From assembly GCA_951406725.2 (NCBI GenBank), contig OX597830.1, positions 21,762,001 to 21,826,000 of the forward strand: DNA of 64,000 bases. Direction: 5' to 3'. Source of the DNA: Octopus vulgaris (taxonomy: Eukaryota). The notes beneath the pieces were generated by a model. The model made no database searches. It was not told the DNA's origin and saw only the letters and a program-made list of their open reading frames with translations. The translations under genes were made by a program, and so were the position numbers. This document shows, in pieces, positions 1-12,777 of this stretch (positions are counted from its first letter, which is position 1; each line of letters opens with the position of its first letter).

Positions 1-99
1 CCGAACCACAGGATTCCGGGTTCAGTCCCACTGTGTGAAACGTGGTAAAGTGTCTTCTACTTTAACCTCGCCCCTACGGAAACTGAAAGAAGCCCGTCG

Positions 100-156
<57 letters not shown>

Positions 157-335
157 CCCTGTTTGTCCTTTTCATCTTTGCTTGACAATCGATGTAGCTG
201 TTCGGCAAAAGAGACCGATAGAGTAAGTACTAGACTTACAAAGAATAAGTCCCGGGATCGAGTTGTTCGACTAAAGGCGGGCTCCAGTATAGCTGCAGTC
301 AAAATGGCTGAAACAAATGAAACAATAAAAGAAAA
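1..335 (+). mobile_element. SINE family A (tRNA-derived, internal TA/TG microsatellite), cut by the window edge
   Basis: B-box-like GGGTTCAGTCCC, body ...ctgaaagaagcccgtcg(TA)n(TG)n...gttcggcaaaagagaccgatag...gcagtcaaaatggctgaaac, shared with more than 15 copies in the window. Confidence 0.85.
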
Positions 336-337
336 TA

Positions 338-749
338 ATATATACACATGCATACGGGCATGCATATGTGCATGTATGTACGTTTGTATGTATGTACATA
401 TGTACGTATGTATATATGTATGTATGTATGCAAGTATGTATGTATGTATGTTGGTATGTATGTAGGTATGTATGTAGGTATGCATGTATGTATATATCCA
501 TGCATGTACGTATGTATGAATGAATGTATGTATGTATGTTTGTATGTATGTATGTATGTATGTAGGTATGTACGTATGTATATATGTATGCATGTATGTA
601 TATATGTATGTATGCATGTATATATGTATGCATGCATGCATGTATGTATGTATGTAGGTATGCACGTATGCATTATGCATGCATGTATGTATGAATGTAT
701 GCATGCGCGTATGCACGTATGTATGTATGTATGCATGCATGCATGTATG

Positions 750-781
<32 letters not shown>

Positions 782-900
782 CATGTATGTATGAATGTAT
801 GTATGTACGTATGTATGCATGTATGTATGAATGTATGTATGTACGTATGTACGTATGCACGTATGTATGCATGCATGTGTGTATGTACGTATGCATGTGT
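338..900. repeat. Degenerate (ATGT)n/(ATGC)n microsatellite
   Basis: Directly visible tetranucleotide repeat; explains the overlapping HTYI/MYVC ORFs. Confidence 0.95.
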
Positions 901-903
901 GTA

Positions 904-1109
904 CGAGGGAATACTGAAAAGTTCCTGGTTTTGGGTAAAAGAAAATACAGGAAGATGAGTTAATTATGATTTTATTCAACATATTTCTTTCTCAGCGGTT
1001 CTTCAATTTATCTAAACCCTGTAAAAAACAAAAATCGGAAGATCGGGCCTTGAACCACCAGGCCTTTGGCAATACCCTTAAAGCCAAGAACTTAATCAGT
1101 ACTCCTTCG
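904..1109. mobile_element. Mariner-type MITE
   Basis: TA|CGAGGGAATACTGAAAAGTTCCTGGTTTT ... AAAGCCAAGAACTTAATCAGTACTCCTTCG|TA: imperfect TIRs of about 30 bp with TA target duplication. Confidence 0.7.
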
Positions 1110-1647
1110 TATGTACGCATCCTTGTCTTTAGTTAGGTCCCTTTACTTTCTGATTTCAATCCCCACCGGGATTCACTTAGCGTTTAATATTTTCCAAGGG
1201 AGCAACATTAAATGCAATCCTGTGTAACTGTTCGTATATGCACGCGCGCGCACGTGTGCATGGGCTTGCGTGCATGTGTATGCGTGTGTCTGTGTGTGTG
1301 TGTGTATCAGTGTGACTGTGTGAGTGTGCGCGCGTAAGTATGCGTGTGAATACCCCTATTTGATGAAGCATAAACAATCTGGAAAAGACTGCATTTACAC
1401 AAGTCAGCATTTTTCTATTTTCAAAAAGCATGCTGATGAAAATACGTCTGCAACGCAATCAAGTCACTAAATGCTTGAGCTAATTACAAAGAAAGTTAAA
1501 ACCACACATTGAAGGTGGAGATTGATGCATGAATTTAGTTTAACATGGCGGACAGTTTCCAGCCCTCAAAAAGACAAACATGGCTGACGATATAAAAGTG
1601 TTCGTGAAACAAGTAGTATGAAAACATATTTTATCTATCATCTCTTA

Positions 1648-1800
1648 CCTGTTTCAGCCATTAGACAGCGGCCATTCTGGGGCACCGTATTGGAGAATTT
1701 TAGTCAATCGAATCGATTCCTGAAAATTTTTTTTTAAAGTCTAGTACTTAATATATAGAGCCCATTTGCTGAAGCGTTAAGTTACGGGGCGTAAACACAC
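1648..1800 (-). mobile_element. SINE family A, degenerate 3' fragment
   Basis: Reverse-complement match to the family A 3' half (gttacggggcgtaaacacacc, gtttcagccatt). Confidence 0.65.
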
Positions 1801-1918
1801 CACACTTTTAAGTAAAAGAAAATAACGTTGGGGACAACAGTAGGGCACAGCAGTTTTTAGGGGTCACCTCGGATAAATTTAGGGGTCAAGAGTTAGTTCA
1901 GTAAAATAACAGCCCCTA

Positions 1919-1926
1919 TTGTTGTT

Positions 1927-1982
<56 letters not shown>

Positions 1983-2250
1983 GGTGGTGGTGGTGGTGGT
2001 GGTTACGATAATGAATGCCGATAGCGGTGGTTGTGGTGCTGGTGGTAGTAAGGGTAGTGATGGTGATGGTAGTGGTGATGCTGATAGCTTTTGTTAGTGA
2101 TGGTGGTAGTGTCGATAGTAGTGGTAGTAGTTGCAGTGGGGATAGTTGTGGACCATGTGGTGGCGGCGGCAGCAGGCGATAGTGTTGGTGGTGGTTGTGG
2201 TTGTGGTTGTGGTAGAGACGGCGGTAGTGGTGTTGGCGGTGGTGCTTAAT
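1919..2250. repeat. (GTT)n/(GGT)n compound trinucleotide tract
   Basis: Direct inspection. Confidence 0.9.
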
Positions 2251-3055
2251 ATCAACTCTAGATGAGGATGGAGGAGGGATAAAAGAAAACAAAGGTGGAA
2301 TTGAAAAGAAAAGAAAGTTCGATAATCGATAAGAATCGAATAGAAGTGTAGTTGATGAAAGAAAGAACACGAGAAGAGAGAGACAGAGACATCGGGACGG
2401 AGAAAGATAGAGAGTGTGAGAGGAAGATAGACAAAAGGAGTGAGAGGGAGGTTAGAGAGATTGAGTGAACTGTCTGACCGGCAGACGATCAGACAAGCTG
2501 ACAAAGGTAATTAGATTGACTAGGAGAGGGAAAGAGAGAGATAGAGGGAATGAGAGAGCGAGAGAGAGAGAGAGAGGGGGGGAGGGCGGGAGGGAGTGGT
2601 AGAGATTGACAGACTCACACCTCACACACACACATACACACACACACAAACACACAAAGATAAAGCGAAGAGATAGATTAAAAAAGACTTCAAAATGAAA
2701 GACGAGGGAACAACTTCGATGGAAGCTAATTAAACCGTGTCAAAATATAGAACATCAGCAACAACAACAACAACAACAACAACATCAGCAACAACAAAAG
2801 CAACAATGACATCGACGACGTCTGTGATAGAGTTGTTCCGTGGCCATTCGACCAGTTTGAAATAGCAGCAAAACCTTCTTCAAATCGTATCTTAAAGTCG
2901 CTGATTCGAGGCTGATTTATTTGTCACCAGACGTTTTACTATTTCTCTCGTTTTGGTGTTTCTCTCGTAATTTTCCTCTCTCTCCTTCTCTTCCTCTCTC
3001 CCTTCCTCTATCTCACTTGCTCCCCTTCTCTCTCTCTCTCTCTCTCACTCGCTCC

Positions 3056-3114
<59 letters not shown>

Positions 3115-3149
3115 ATTTCTACGTGCGCGTGTAGGTGTTTATGTATGTG

Positions 3150-3638
3150 TTTACATCCAGTGTCAAAAAGCACTGTCACCAAAACAAGGCTCAATGTCCA
3201 GTCAGCCGTGCCAAATCATCAACGACCATTCTGCATTTGGCCATAAGTTAGCATAATCAAGGCTGACCTGAGACTGAACAACTAATTCTATAAGGGCGAA
3301 TGACTATATACAGAGCTCCCTCGCTTCCGCTCTCAATTCATTTTTGATTGTAGCAGTTAAAACAAAGGAATGAAACCACTCACCAACACAACCCAAACTT
3401 TATCCCCTACACATGAAGTCTCCTCTTTCTGTCTTTTACACTGTTACAACTGTGGCTTCTGTACCTCAAACTTAGCTAATCTTCTAGGCGCAGGAGTGGC
3501 TGTGTGGTAAGCAGCTTGCTTACCAACCACGTGGTACATTGGGCAAGTGTCTTCTACAATAGCCTCGGGCCGACCAAAGCTTTGTGAGTGGATTTGGTAG
3601 ACGGAAACTAAAAGAAGCCCGTCGTATATATGTATATA

Positions 3639-3672
<34 letters not shown>

Positions 3673-4160
3673 CATAGATATATATATACATGTGTGTGTG
3701 TGCGTGTATGTTTGTGTGATTGTGTTTCTTCCCCCAACATCGCTTGACAACTGATGTTGGTGTATTTACGTCCCCGTAACTTAGCGGTTCGGCAAAAGAG
3801 ACCGAAAGAATAAGTACAAGGCTTACAAAGAATAAGTCCAGGGGTCGACTTGCTCGACTAAAGGCGGTGCTCCAGCATGACCGCAGTCAAATGACTGAAC
3901 AAGTAAAAGAGAGTAATCCCATACCACCACACGCAGGTCTCCAACACTGGCTCGTCCCTTCTCCTCTCGTCAACCTTATTGTGCCCACACCAGCAATTCA
4001 GTCAACTGCCCTAATCATCATAACCAATCCTTCCGTCACAAATATCAACCCTCTGGAATTCCTTCCAAAATCATGTTTTTATTTATTTATGTCTTTTTTT
4101 CTTTGCAGACATCAACATTCAGCTATTCAAGAGAAACACGAACTGTATCAAGTACCTCTA
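3150..4160 (+). mobile_element. Decayed CR1/L2-group LINE, ORF2 C-terminal remnant, interrupted by a SINE A
   Basis: Manual translation gives VSSFCLLHCYNCGFCTSNLANLL|IP and a frameshifted LWNSLP-like motif near 4050, resembling the VASLSLFYRYY..CSSELA..P / LWNSLP end of CR1/L2 ORF2. Confidence 0.5.
3486..3915 (+). mobile_element. SINE family A, near full length (B-box region deleted)
   Basis: Starts aggcgcaggagtggctgtgtggtaag, ends gaacaagtaaaagagagt. Confidence 0.9.
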
Positions 4161-4484
4161 AAGGTACTGGGCGCGTCCATTTCCTCCAGACCTAGTCACG
4201 TAAAAAAAAAAGGACTATCATTTGTAAAATTCCATCTCAATTATCTTTGCCGAAAATTGTGATAGTACGAGATGTGATTTAAAAAAAAAAAAAACAGTTA
4301 TAAGACATCGTTGATTGCAGAAAGCAATACTACAAAATACTGTGGAATAAACTGATAGGTTTTTGCCTATAAAAAATTCATCAAAATGTAATAAGAACAC
4401 GGGACAATCGTAAACGACTGGACAATGTCTTTCAAAAGGATCAGTCGTGGCTACGATTTCATTACAGTGACATCGCAACTCGTT

Positions 4485-4615
4485 TCTAAAGCTGAATGAA
4501 CTGGAGCAACGTGAAATAAAGTGTCTTGCTCAAGAACACAACACGCAGCGCGCTCCAGAAATCGAACGCACTACTCCGTGATTGTGAGCTCGATTGTGAG
4601 CTGATTGTGAACCAT
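4485..4615 (-). mobile_element. SINE family C 5' fragment (tRNA-like head)
   Basis: Shares gagcaacgtgaaataaagtgt.ttgct.aagaacacaac with 55200-55250; B-box-like gttcgatttc on the minus strand. Confidence 0.65.
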
Positions 4616-4617
4616 GC

Positions 4618-4653
<36 letters not shown>

Positions 4654-4723
4654 CGCACTCAGGTACACTTGCTTCACTTTGTAATGTAGTCAGCTGGTCA
4701 ACTTCAATTTTCTACATTGTCAC

Positions 4724-4945
4724 ACTCTTTACTCTTTTACTTGTTTCCGTCATTTGGCTGCGGCCATGCTGGAGCACCGTCTTTAGTCGAGCATATCGAC
4801 CCCAGGACTTATTCTTTGTAAGCCTAGTACTTATTCTATCGATCTCTTTTGCCGAACCGCTATGTTACGGGGACGTAAACACACCACCATCGGTTGTCAA
4901 GCGATGTTGGGGGGACAAACACAAGCACATAAACCCCTCCACACT

Positions 4946-5012
<67 letters not shown>

Positions 5013-5155
5013 GATGGGCTTCTTTCAATTTCCGTCTACCAAATCCACTCACAAGGCTTTGGTCGACCCGAGGCTATAGTAGAAGACGCTATAGCAGAAC
5101 CTGGAACCATGTGGTTGGTAAGGAAGCTACTTACCACACAGCCACTCCTACGCCT
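4724..5155 (-). mobile_element. SINE family A, near full length
   Basis: Reverse complement of the family consensus, with internal (TA)n(TG)n and a (GTAAAAGA)n tail. Confidence 0.9.
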
Positions 5156-5169
5156 ATAAAATATGTGAC

Positions 5170-5276
5170 GTTTACAGCACCTATGTTTCCCAAGTGGTGA
5201 CCCATCTAAGTACTAACTAGGCTCGACGTTGCTTAACTTCGGTGATCGGACGAGAACCGGTGCTTTCAACGTGATG

Positions 5277-5279
<3 letters not shown>
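5170..5279 (-). pseudogene. 5S rRNA pseudogene (about 9 nt missing at the 5' end, several substitutions)
   Basis: Minus strand reads ATACATCACGTTGAAAGCACCGGTTCTCGTCCGATCACCGAAGTTAAGCAACGTCGAGCCTAGTTAGTACTTAGATGGGTCACCACTTGGGAAACATAGGTGCTGTAAAC, a recognisable metazoan 5S sequence with A box, IE and C box. Confidence 0.92.
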
Positions 5280-5340
<61 letters not shown>

Positions 5341-5477
5341 GACAAACATAAAACTGTAGCATAAAGGTTATGTTTGTGATATGTCTTTGTTGCTGTATCT
5401 TGTTTGTCGATGAATAAAACATCTGTAAGGTGTCTGAGGATCATAGAAAATGACAGACGTTCAGATTATTGTACGCC

Positions 5478-5722
5478 AGTGACAAGGTTGCTATGGTAAC
5501 TGTCAACATTGCAGCATTGGTAACATGGTTGCTATAGTGATAGTCAACACTGGTGACATTGTTGCTATGGCGACAATCAACATTGGTGTCATTGTTGCTA
5601 TGGCGACAGTCAACATTGTACATTGGTGACGCGGTTGCTCTGGTGGCAGTCAACATTGATGATATGGTTGCTATGGTGACATGGTTGTTATGCAGACAGT
5701 CAACATTGTATGATGGTAACAC
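5478..5722. repeat. Minisatellite of about 33 bp (ggtgacatggttgctatggcgacagtcaacatt), about 7 degenerate units
   Basis: Recurring gttgctatgg..ac and gtcaacatt blocks. Confidence 0.8.
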
Positions 5723-5739
5723 GAAACTTTATGCTGATC

Positions 5740-6945
5740 GATGATCAATTAAGAAATTATCGATGATTTGTAAATGCCATTCGGATCATGTCAGGTGATT
5801 TTGTCTGCAGATCAATAGTGTTGGCCGAAGATCAATATTTTTTAACAATACTGAAAATGGATAATCGATAATTTTAATTGGCGAGATCAATTATGTTGAT
5901 CAATAATATTGACTGGTAATCAGTAAAATTGATTTGTGACTAATAATGGTTTCAAATTTTGGCTCCAGGCCAACGGCTTTGGGGGTGCGGGATAGTCTAT
6001 TCTATCGACTTCAGTGCTCAATCGGTACTTATTTTATCGATCCCGAGAGGATGAAAGACAAAGTCGACTTCAGTTGATTTTGAACTCCGAACGTAATGAA
6101 CCGAAAGAAATACCAGCTAACATTTTGTCCGACACTCTAACTGTCTGCCCTTCCAGCTCGCCACCTTTCGATTTGTGACTAATAATGGTGATTAATGAGA
6201 GACGGTATTAACTAATGATCACTTGATGGTCAGTGGTGACTGGTGGTCAATCAATATTGTTTACTGCTGATCAATAATGTTGTCTGTTGATTAATAATCG
6301 TAACTTACTATCAATAGTGGTAATTAATAAGGTTCAATAATGATCGATGATCTTGAATGGTGATTAATAATACCGACTAATAATCAATACTGTTGAGATT
6401 TTATTAATAACGTTTACTGCTGATCAATTATATCGTCTGATAATCAATAATGTTGACTGTTGATTAATAATGTTAATTAGTGATGGATGGTGTTAACTGG
6501 TGGTTAATGATGTTAACTGATGAAGTATAATGTTCATTAATTATCGATGATGGATTGGTGGTCTATAATGTTGACTGATGGTTATAATAATATGGACTAG
6601 TAATCAATAATGATGACTGAATATCTATAATATTGAATCGTCATTAACAATATGGATTGGTTATCAATAATATTGAATGGTCATCGATAATGTTGAATAA
6701 TGAGTGATAATGTTGACTGATGATTAATACTGTTTGACGCGTAATCAAGAATGGTCACTGAGTATCAATAGTTCTGAATGATAATTAATAATGTTGATTA
6801 ATGATTGACAACGTTGACTGATGATTAATAATGTATTGCTTGTAATCAGTAATGTTCACTGAGTATCAATAATATTGAATGGTAATTAATTAATAATGTT
6901 GACTAATGATTGATAATACAGAATAGTCATCAATAATGTTGACTA
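5740..6945. repeat. Highly degenerate AT-rich minisatellite of about 21 bp (gatcaataatgttgactg..), containing a SINE B insert at about 5946-6165 (minus)
   Basis: aataatgttgact-like units recur at roughly 21-bp spacing. Confidence 0.7.
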
Positions 6946-7018
6946 TATATATACATACATACATACATACATACATACATACATACATACATACATACAT
7001 ACATACATACATACCATA

Positions 7019-7457
7019 CATAATTACTCGTCATATCGCGGTTCACCAGTCGCGCCCTCAGTATATCGCGTGTTTCTGCGGTCGACATGTATTTATATTT
7101 TTTCAGATTTTAATCATTTCTGTTGTAAAATTAACATTTTCATACCTAAAAATTAATAAATTAATAAATAAAAATACATTACAGTACTGCAATGTTATAA
7201 CACATTAATTAAAATTTATTAAAACAAAATACGTATAGTACCGTTGATGAATAAACAAAGAATAACATATCCTGTATGAAAAACGAAAGTTTGGATGCGA
7301 GTGTGTGAAGCTGTTTTGCATTTAAAATAAAATAAATATATACAAATTATAAAAAGTTTTTAAAAATATACAGTACACTAGTGTTTTTACTTCGCAGATT
7401 TTCACCTATCGCGTGGGATTTTGGAACGTAACACCTGCGATAGTCGAGGGATCGCTG
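7019..7457. mobile_element. Tigger/pogo-like MITE
   Basis: Ends CATAATTACTCGTCATATCGCGG and CTGCGATAGTCGAGGGATCGCTG form degenerate TIRs of the CAGTAATCCCTCG type; AT-rich core. Confidence 0.6.
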
Positions 7458-7542
<85 letters not shown>

Positions 7543-8074
7543 AATTAAATGGAGACAAGAAGTGGAACGAACCGACAAATCGAAACGAACCTGACGCGGG
7601 GCGCTGTCAGTCAATAATGTGATAATTAAAAATATATGCATACATACAAACATATATGTACGTACCTACATCTACATGTATATATACAGGCATATATAAA
7701 TAAATATACGTAAGTACAGGACGCCACAACAAGACGTAGAAACGGGAAAAACAAAAATTTAACGACAAGTACAGGACAGGCTACACAAGAAGTACTATTC
7801 AGAACCAGTATTTCTAGGAATAGGAGTCAAAACAACTCAATAGCCACGGAAAGCACTATCTGAATGACTGACAGTGGAGGGGGGGGCAAGCTCCCTACAG
7901 CAGCGGACACAGCCAGAGCATCGATGATTTCGTACTTTAATGCTTCCGTATTTTAATGCTCATAGGTGGCTCTCACCGCGCCTAGGGCAAAACTCAGCTT
8001 GCTTTGTCAGTTTATAAGGTTTCCGTTGAAATCATACGCTAATTTCATAAACGGTAAAAGTGAAAATTATAAAC

Positions 8075-8187
8075 TATGGGTGGCTTATTCGCAATTTTAC
8101 AACCTAAAAGTACCTGATTAATACCCTTTGTCACTTTAGTGACGTCTATATTTCTGTATTTAGGTTGTAAAATGGAGAATTAGCCAC

Positions 8188-8192
<5 letters not shown>
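8075..8192. mobile_element. Very short TIR element (MITE or fold-back)
   Basis: TATGGGTGGCTTATTCGCAATTTTACAACCTAAA versus the reverse complement of the right end TATGGGTGGCTAATTCTCCATTTTACAACCTAAA (31 of 34 match); TA at both ends. Confidence 0.75.
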
Positions 8193-8239
<47 letters not shown>

Positions 8240-8327
8240 ATAATACTGCGCCAACTTTTGGGTTTTGTAGGTACCTGTCGTGTGTGTCACACTTATTTCA
8301 AAGGAAGAGGTAAAAAGATTGAAAGTA

Positions 8328-8727
8328 AAGGCGGCGAGCTAGCAAAAACGTTAGCACGCCGGGTGAAATGCTTAGCGGTATTTCGTCTGCCGCTACGTTC
8401 TGAGTTCAAATTCCGCCGAGGTCGACTTTGCCTTTCATCCTTTCGGAGTCGATAAATTAAGTACCAGTTACACACTAGGGTCGATGTAATCGACTTAATC
8501 CGTTTGTCTGTCCTTGTTTGTCTCCTCTGCGTTTAGCCCCTTGTGGGTAATAAAAAAAATAGGTATTTCGTGTTTTCATGTACTGAGTTCAAATTTCACC
8601 GAGGTCGACTTTGCCTTTCATCCTTTCGGGGTCGATAGATTAAGTACCAGTTGCGTACTGGGGTCGATCTAATCGACTGGCCCCCTTCCCCCATAATTTT
8701 CGGGCCTTGTGCCTAGAGTAGAAAAAG
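8328..8727 (+). mobile_element. SINE family B, with internal module duplicated
   Basis: aaggcggcgagct..cgttagcacgccggg..gagttcaaattcc (B box)..gcctttcatcctttcggggtcgata..aagtacc. Confidence 0.88.
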
Positions 8728-8782
8728 AAAAGAATAATATCAACTGGTGATCAATAAAGTTATCTAGCAGTCAATAATAATG

Positions 8783-8993
8783 CTTCTACTAAAAATACAA
8801 GGCCTGAAATTTTGCAGGAGGGGCTCGTCGTTTACATCAACCCCAGTGTTCAACTGGTACTTATTTTGTCGACTTCACAAGGGTAAAAGGCAAAGTCGAC
8901 CTCATAGGAATTTGAACTCAGAACGTGAAGATGAACAAAATGCCGCTAAGCATTTTGCCTGGAGTGCTAACGATTCTGCCTGGTCGCCGCCTT
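8783..8993 (-). mobile_element. SINE family B
   Basis: Reverse-complement match to the family B body. Confidence 0.8.
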
Positions 8994-8999
8994 ATCAGG

Positions 9000-10510
9000 C
9001 AACCAATAATACTGAGTAGAGACTAATAATGTTTATTATTTGTAGTCAATGATATTGACTTATGCTCAATAGTGCTGACTGTTGATTAATAATTGTGACT
9101 GATGCTCAATAGCGTTCACTGGTATTTAAAAATGTTTAGTATTGATCTGTCATGATCGATAATCTTGACTTGTGATTAACAATTGTTTTTAATTTAGGTA
9201 AAAATGTAGCAACTTTGAAAGGAGGCGTTTAGTCGATACAATCGACTCCTGTACTTGGCTGGTACTTCATTTTAATCGACCCCGGAGGGCTGAAAGACAA
9301 CGTTGACCTCAGTGGAACTTCAACTGAGAACGTAAAGAACCGAAATGAATGTCGAAAGGTATTTTTTTCCCGACACTCTAATGGTTCTGCCAGTCCACCT
9401 CTCTTTAGCTCGGGACTAATGTTTCATGAGGATTAACGATACTAACTGATTGTCGAAAATGCTCAGTGGCTACTATTAATCTTTTATCCCTTACATGTTT
9501 CAGGTATTTGACTGTGGCCATGCTGGAGCACCGCCTTGAAGGGTTTATTGATCATCAATCACCATAATTGAAAATCAGTCAAATTATCGATCACCAGCCA
9601 ACATTGTTAATCCTTAGTCATGATTATGAATATGCAGGGAACATTATTAATCATTAATCAACATTTGTAGTCATTAGTCATCATTATAAATCACGAGTCA
9701 AAATTATTGACCTTCAGCCAACACTATTAATCATCAGATAATAACTAATGATCATTAATGATGACTTGCAGTATATAATGTTGAGTGATGGCGATTAATG
9801 GTGGCTGATAGTTAATAGTGTTGACAGGGGATAAATAACACTGACTAATAATAACGTTGACTGACAATCAGTCATATTGATAGATGATTAATGATTAATA
9901 CTGACTGTTCTTAACGATTTTCAGTAATTGTAACGAGTTATTAGTGAAGATAACTAACAACCAATGATTTTGAATAGTGATCAATTGTGTTGACTGGTGA
10001 TCAATAATGCAGGCTGATGATCAATTTGGTTGAATGACGATCAGTAATGACAATCATAATTGTTGATGGCTGATGGGTAATAATGTTTATTGGTGATCAA
10101 AAGTATTCATTACTGATTCATTATCGATTAGCGATCATTAATTTTGACTGGTGATAAAATATATTGACTGACTATCAATAATAACGGGCTCAAATTTTAT
10201 AACAAGGGCACCAATTTCGGGGAGGGGTTAGGTTGATTATATCGACCCCCAGTGCTCAAATGGTACTTATTTTATCGACCCCGTAAGGATGAAAGGCAAA
10301 TTCGACCACGATGGAACTTGAACTCAGAATACAAAGACGGATGAAATGCCGCTAAGCATTTATGCAAGGCCGCCTTATGACTATCAATAATATTGACTAT
10401 ATTATTGGTCAGTAATGTTTAATGTTGGTCAATAATATTAGCTAATGTTCGATAATATTGAGTGGTATCAATGATCTTCTCTAGAAATATATAATGTTGA
10501 CTGATGAGCA
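9000..10510. repeat. Continuation of the degenerate 21-bp AT-rich minisatellite, with old SINE B copies (about 9185-9400 and 10187-10376, minus)
   Basis: Same aataatgttgact-like units; about 9550-9745 appears to be in inverted orientation. Confidence 0.6.
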
Positions 10511-10515
10511 GATAT

Positions 10516-10757
10516 TCTTTTATTCTTTCATTTGCTTCAGTCATTTGACTGCGGCCATGCTGGAGTGCCGCCTTTAGTCGAGCAAATCGACCCCATGACT
10601 TATTCTTTGTAAGCCTAGTACTTATTCTGTCGGTCTCTTTTGCCGAACTACTAAGTTACGGGGACGTAAACACACCAGCATCGGTTGTCAAGCGATGTTG
10701 GGGGGACAAACACAGACACACAAACATACATACACACACACAAACATACACACACAA

Positions 10758-10805
<48 letters not shown>

Positions 10806-10968
10806 GACGGGCTTCTTTCAGTTTCTGTCTACCAAATCCACTCACAAGGCTTTGGTCGGCCCGAGTCTATAGTAGAAGACACTTGCCCAAGGTGCCGCGC
10901 AATGGGACTGAACCCGGAACCATGTGGCTGGTAAGTAAGCTACTTACTACACAGCCACTCCTGCGCCT
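10516..10968 (-). mobile_element. SINE family A, full length
   Basis: Complete head (aggcgcaggagtggctgtg...gggttcagtccc), internal microsatellite and 3' tail. Confidence 0.92.
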
Positions 10969-11226
10969 ATAGATATCACGATAGTGAGCGTAAAACAGTC
11001 TCCATCAAATGCGAACGCAATACTGCGTGTGATAAATGATGTAAGAAGTGTAAGAAGTGAAGTCAATGATCCCCGATGAGAATTAATAAGTACGAAACCA
11101 GTCAGGCGTTGTCACTCCACGCAAGTGAAACAGCGTTAAATCAACATTTGTGGATCATGCTAAATGTATGCACACTGTTAGAAGGCAAGATACTGAGGAA
11201 TAGTCTGAGATTTAAAAAAAAAAACA

Positions 11227-11630
11227 CCGCTTGACAACCGGTGCTGGTTTGTTTGCATTCCCCGTAAATTTGCGGTTCGGTGAAATGAACCGATAAAGTA
11301 AATACCACACTTAAGGGAAAAAAGGACTGTAAGTGGATTTGGTAGACGGAAACTGTAAGAAACCCGTCGTATATATATGTATACGTATATATTATGTGTG
11401 TGTGAGTGTTTGTGTGATGTGTTTCTCACCGCTTGACAACCGATACTGGTGTGTTTGCGTCCCCGTTACTTAGCGGTTCGGCAAAAGAGTCCGATAGAAT
11501 AAGTACTAGGCTTATAAAGAATAAGTTCTGGGGTCGATTTGCTCGACTAAAGGCGGTGCTCCAGCATAGCTGCAGTCAAATGACTGAAACAAGTGAAAGA
11601 GTAAAAGAGTAAAGAGTAAAGAGAGATAAA
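11227..11630 (+). mobile_element. SINE family A, two 5'-truncated pieces in tandem
   Basis: accgcttgacaaccg block present twice; tail (AAAGAGT)n runs into the GAAA array. Confidence 0.8.
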
Positions 11631-11653
11631 AAGATAAATAGAGAGAGAGGGGG

Positions 11654-11654
<1 letters not shown>

Positions 11655-11716
<62 letters not shown>

Positions 11717-11720
11717 ATGA

Positions 11721-11752
<32 letters not shown>

Positions 11753-12165
11753 ATGAAAGAAAGAAAGAAAGAAAGAAAGAAAAGAATGAAAGAAAGAAAG
11801 AAAGAAAGAATAAAAGAATGATAGAAAGAAAGAAAGAAAGAAAGAATGAAAGAAAGAAAGAAAGAAAGAATGAAAAATGAAAGAAAGAAAGAAAGAAAGA
11901 AAGAATGAAAGAAAGAAAGAAAGAAAGAAAGGAAGAATGAAAGAAAGAAAGAAAGAAAGAAAGAAAGAATGAAAGAAAGAAAGAAAGAAAGAATTATAGA
12001 AAGAAAGAAAGAAAGAATGAAAGAAAGAAAGAAAGAAAGAAAGAAAGAATGAATGAAAGAAAGAATGAAAGAAAGAAAGAAAGAAAGAAAGAATGAAAGA
12101 AAGAAAGAAAGAAAGAATGATAGAAAGAAAGAAAGAATGAAAGAATGAAAGAATGAAAGAAAGAA

Positions 12166-12201
<36 letters not shown>

Positions 12202-12657
12202 ATGAAAGAATGAAAGAATGAAAGAAAGAAAGAAAGAAAGAAAGAATGAAAGAATGAAAGAATGAAAGAAAGAAAGAAAGAAAGAATGAAAGAAAGAAAG
12301 AAAGAAAGAAAGAAAGAATGAAAGAAAGAAAGAAAGAAAGAAAGAATGAAAGAAAGAAAGAAAGAAAGAATGAAAGAATGAAAGAATGAAAGAAAGAAAG
12401 AAAGAAAGAATGAAAGAAAGAAAGAAAGAAAGAATGAAAGAATGAAAGAAAGAAAGAAAGAATGAATGAATGAAAGAAGGAAAGAAAGAAAGAAAGAATG
12501 AATGAAAGAAAGAAAGAAAGAAAGAATGAAAGAAAGAAAGAAAGAAAGAATGAAAGAATGAAAGAATGAAAGAAATAAAGAAAGAAAGAAAGAAAAAAAG
12601 AATGAAAGAAAGAAAGAAAGAAAGAAAGAATGAAAGAATGAAAGAATGAAAGAAAAA

Positions 12658-12713
<56 letters not shown>

Positions 12714-12725
12714 ATGAAAGAATGA

Positions 12726-12777
<52 letters not shown>

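Noticed and set aside
57-982. HTYI/MYVC-type ORFs here and at 22.5-25.5 kb, 32-35 kb and 51-52 kb
   Set aside because: Products of di- and tetranucleotide microsatellites, open on both strands
5170-5279. Functional 5S rRNA gene
   Set aside because: Solitary, 5' end lost so helix I cannot form, and substitutions in the C-box region; called a pseudogene
10651-10972. Recurring short ORFs such as DGLLSVSVYQIHSQGFGRPEAIVEDTCP and RSEFKFRRGRLCLSSF
   Set aside because: Translations of SINE A and SINE B; their recurrence reflects the repeat, not a gene family
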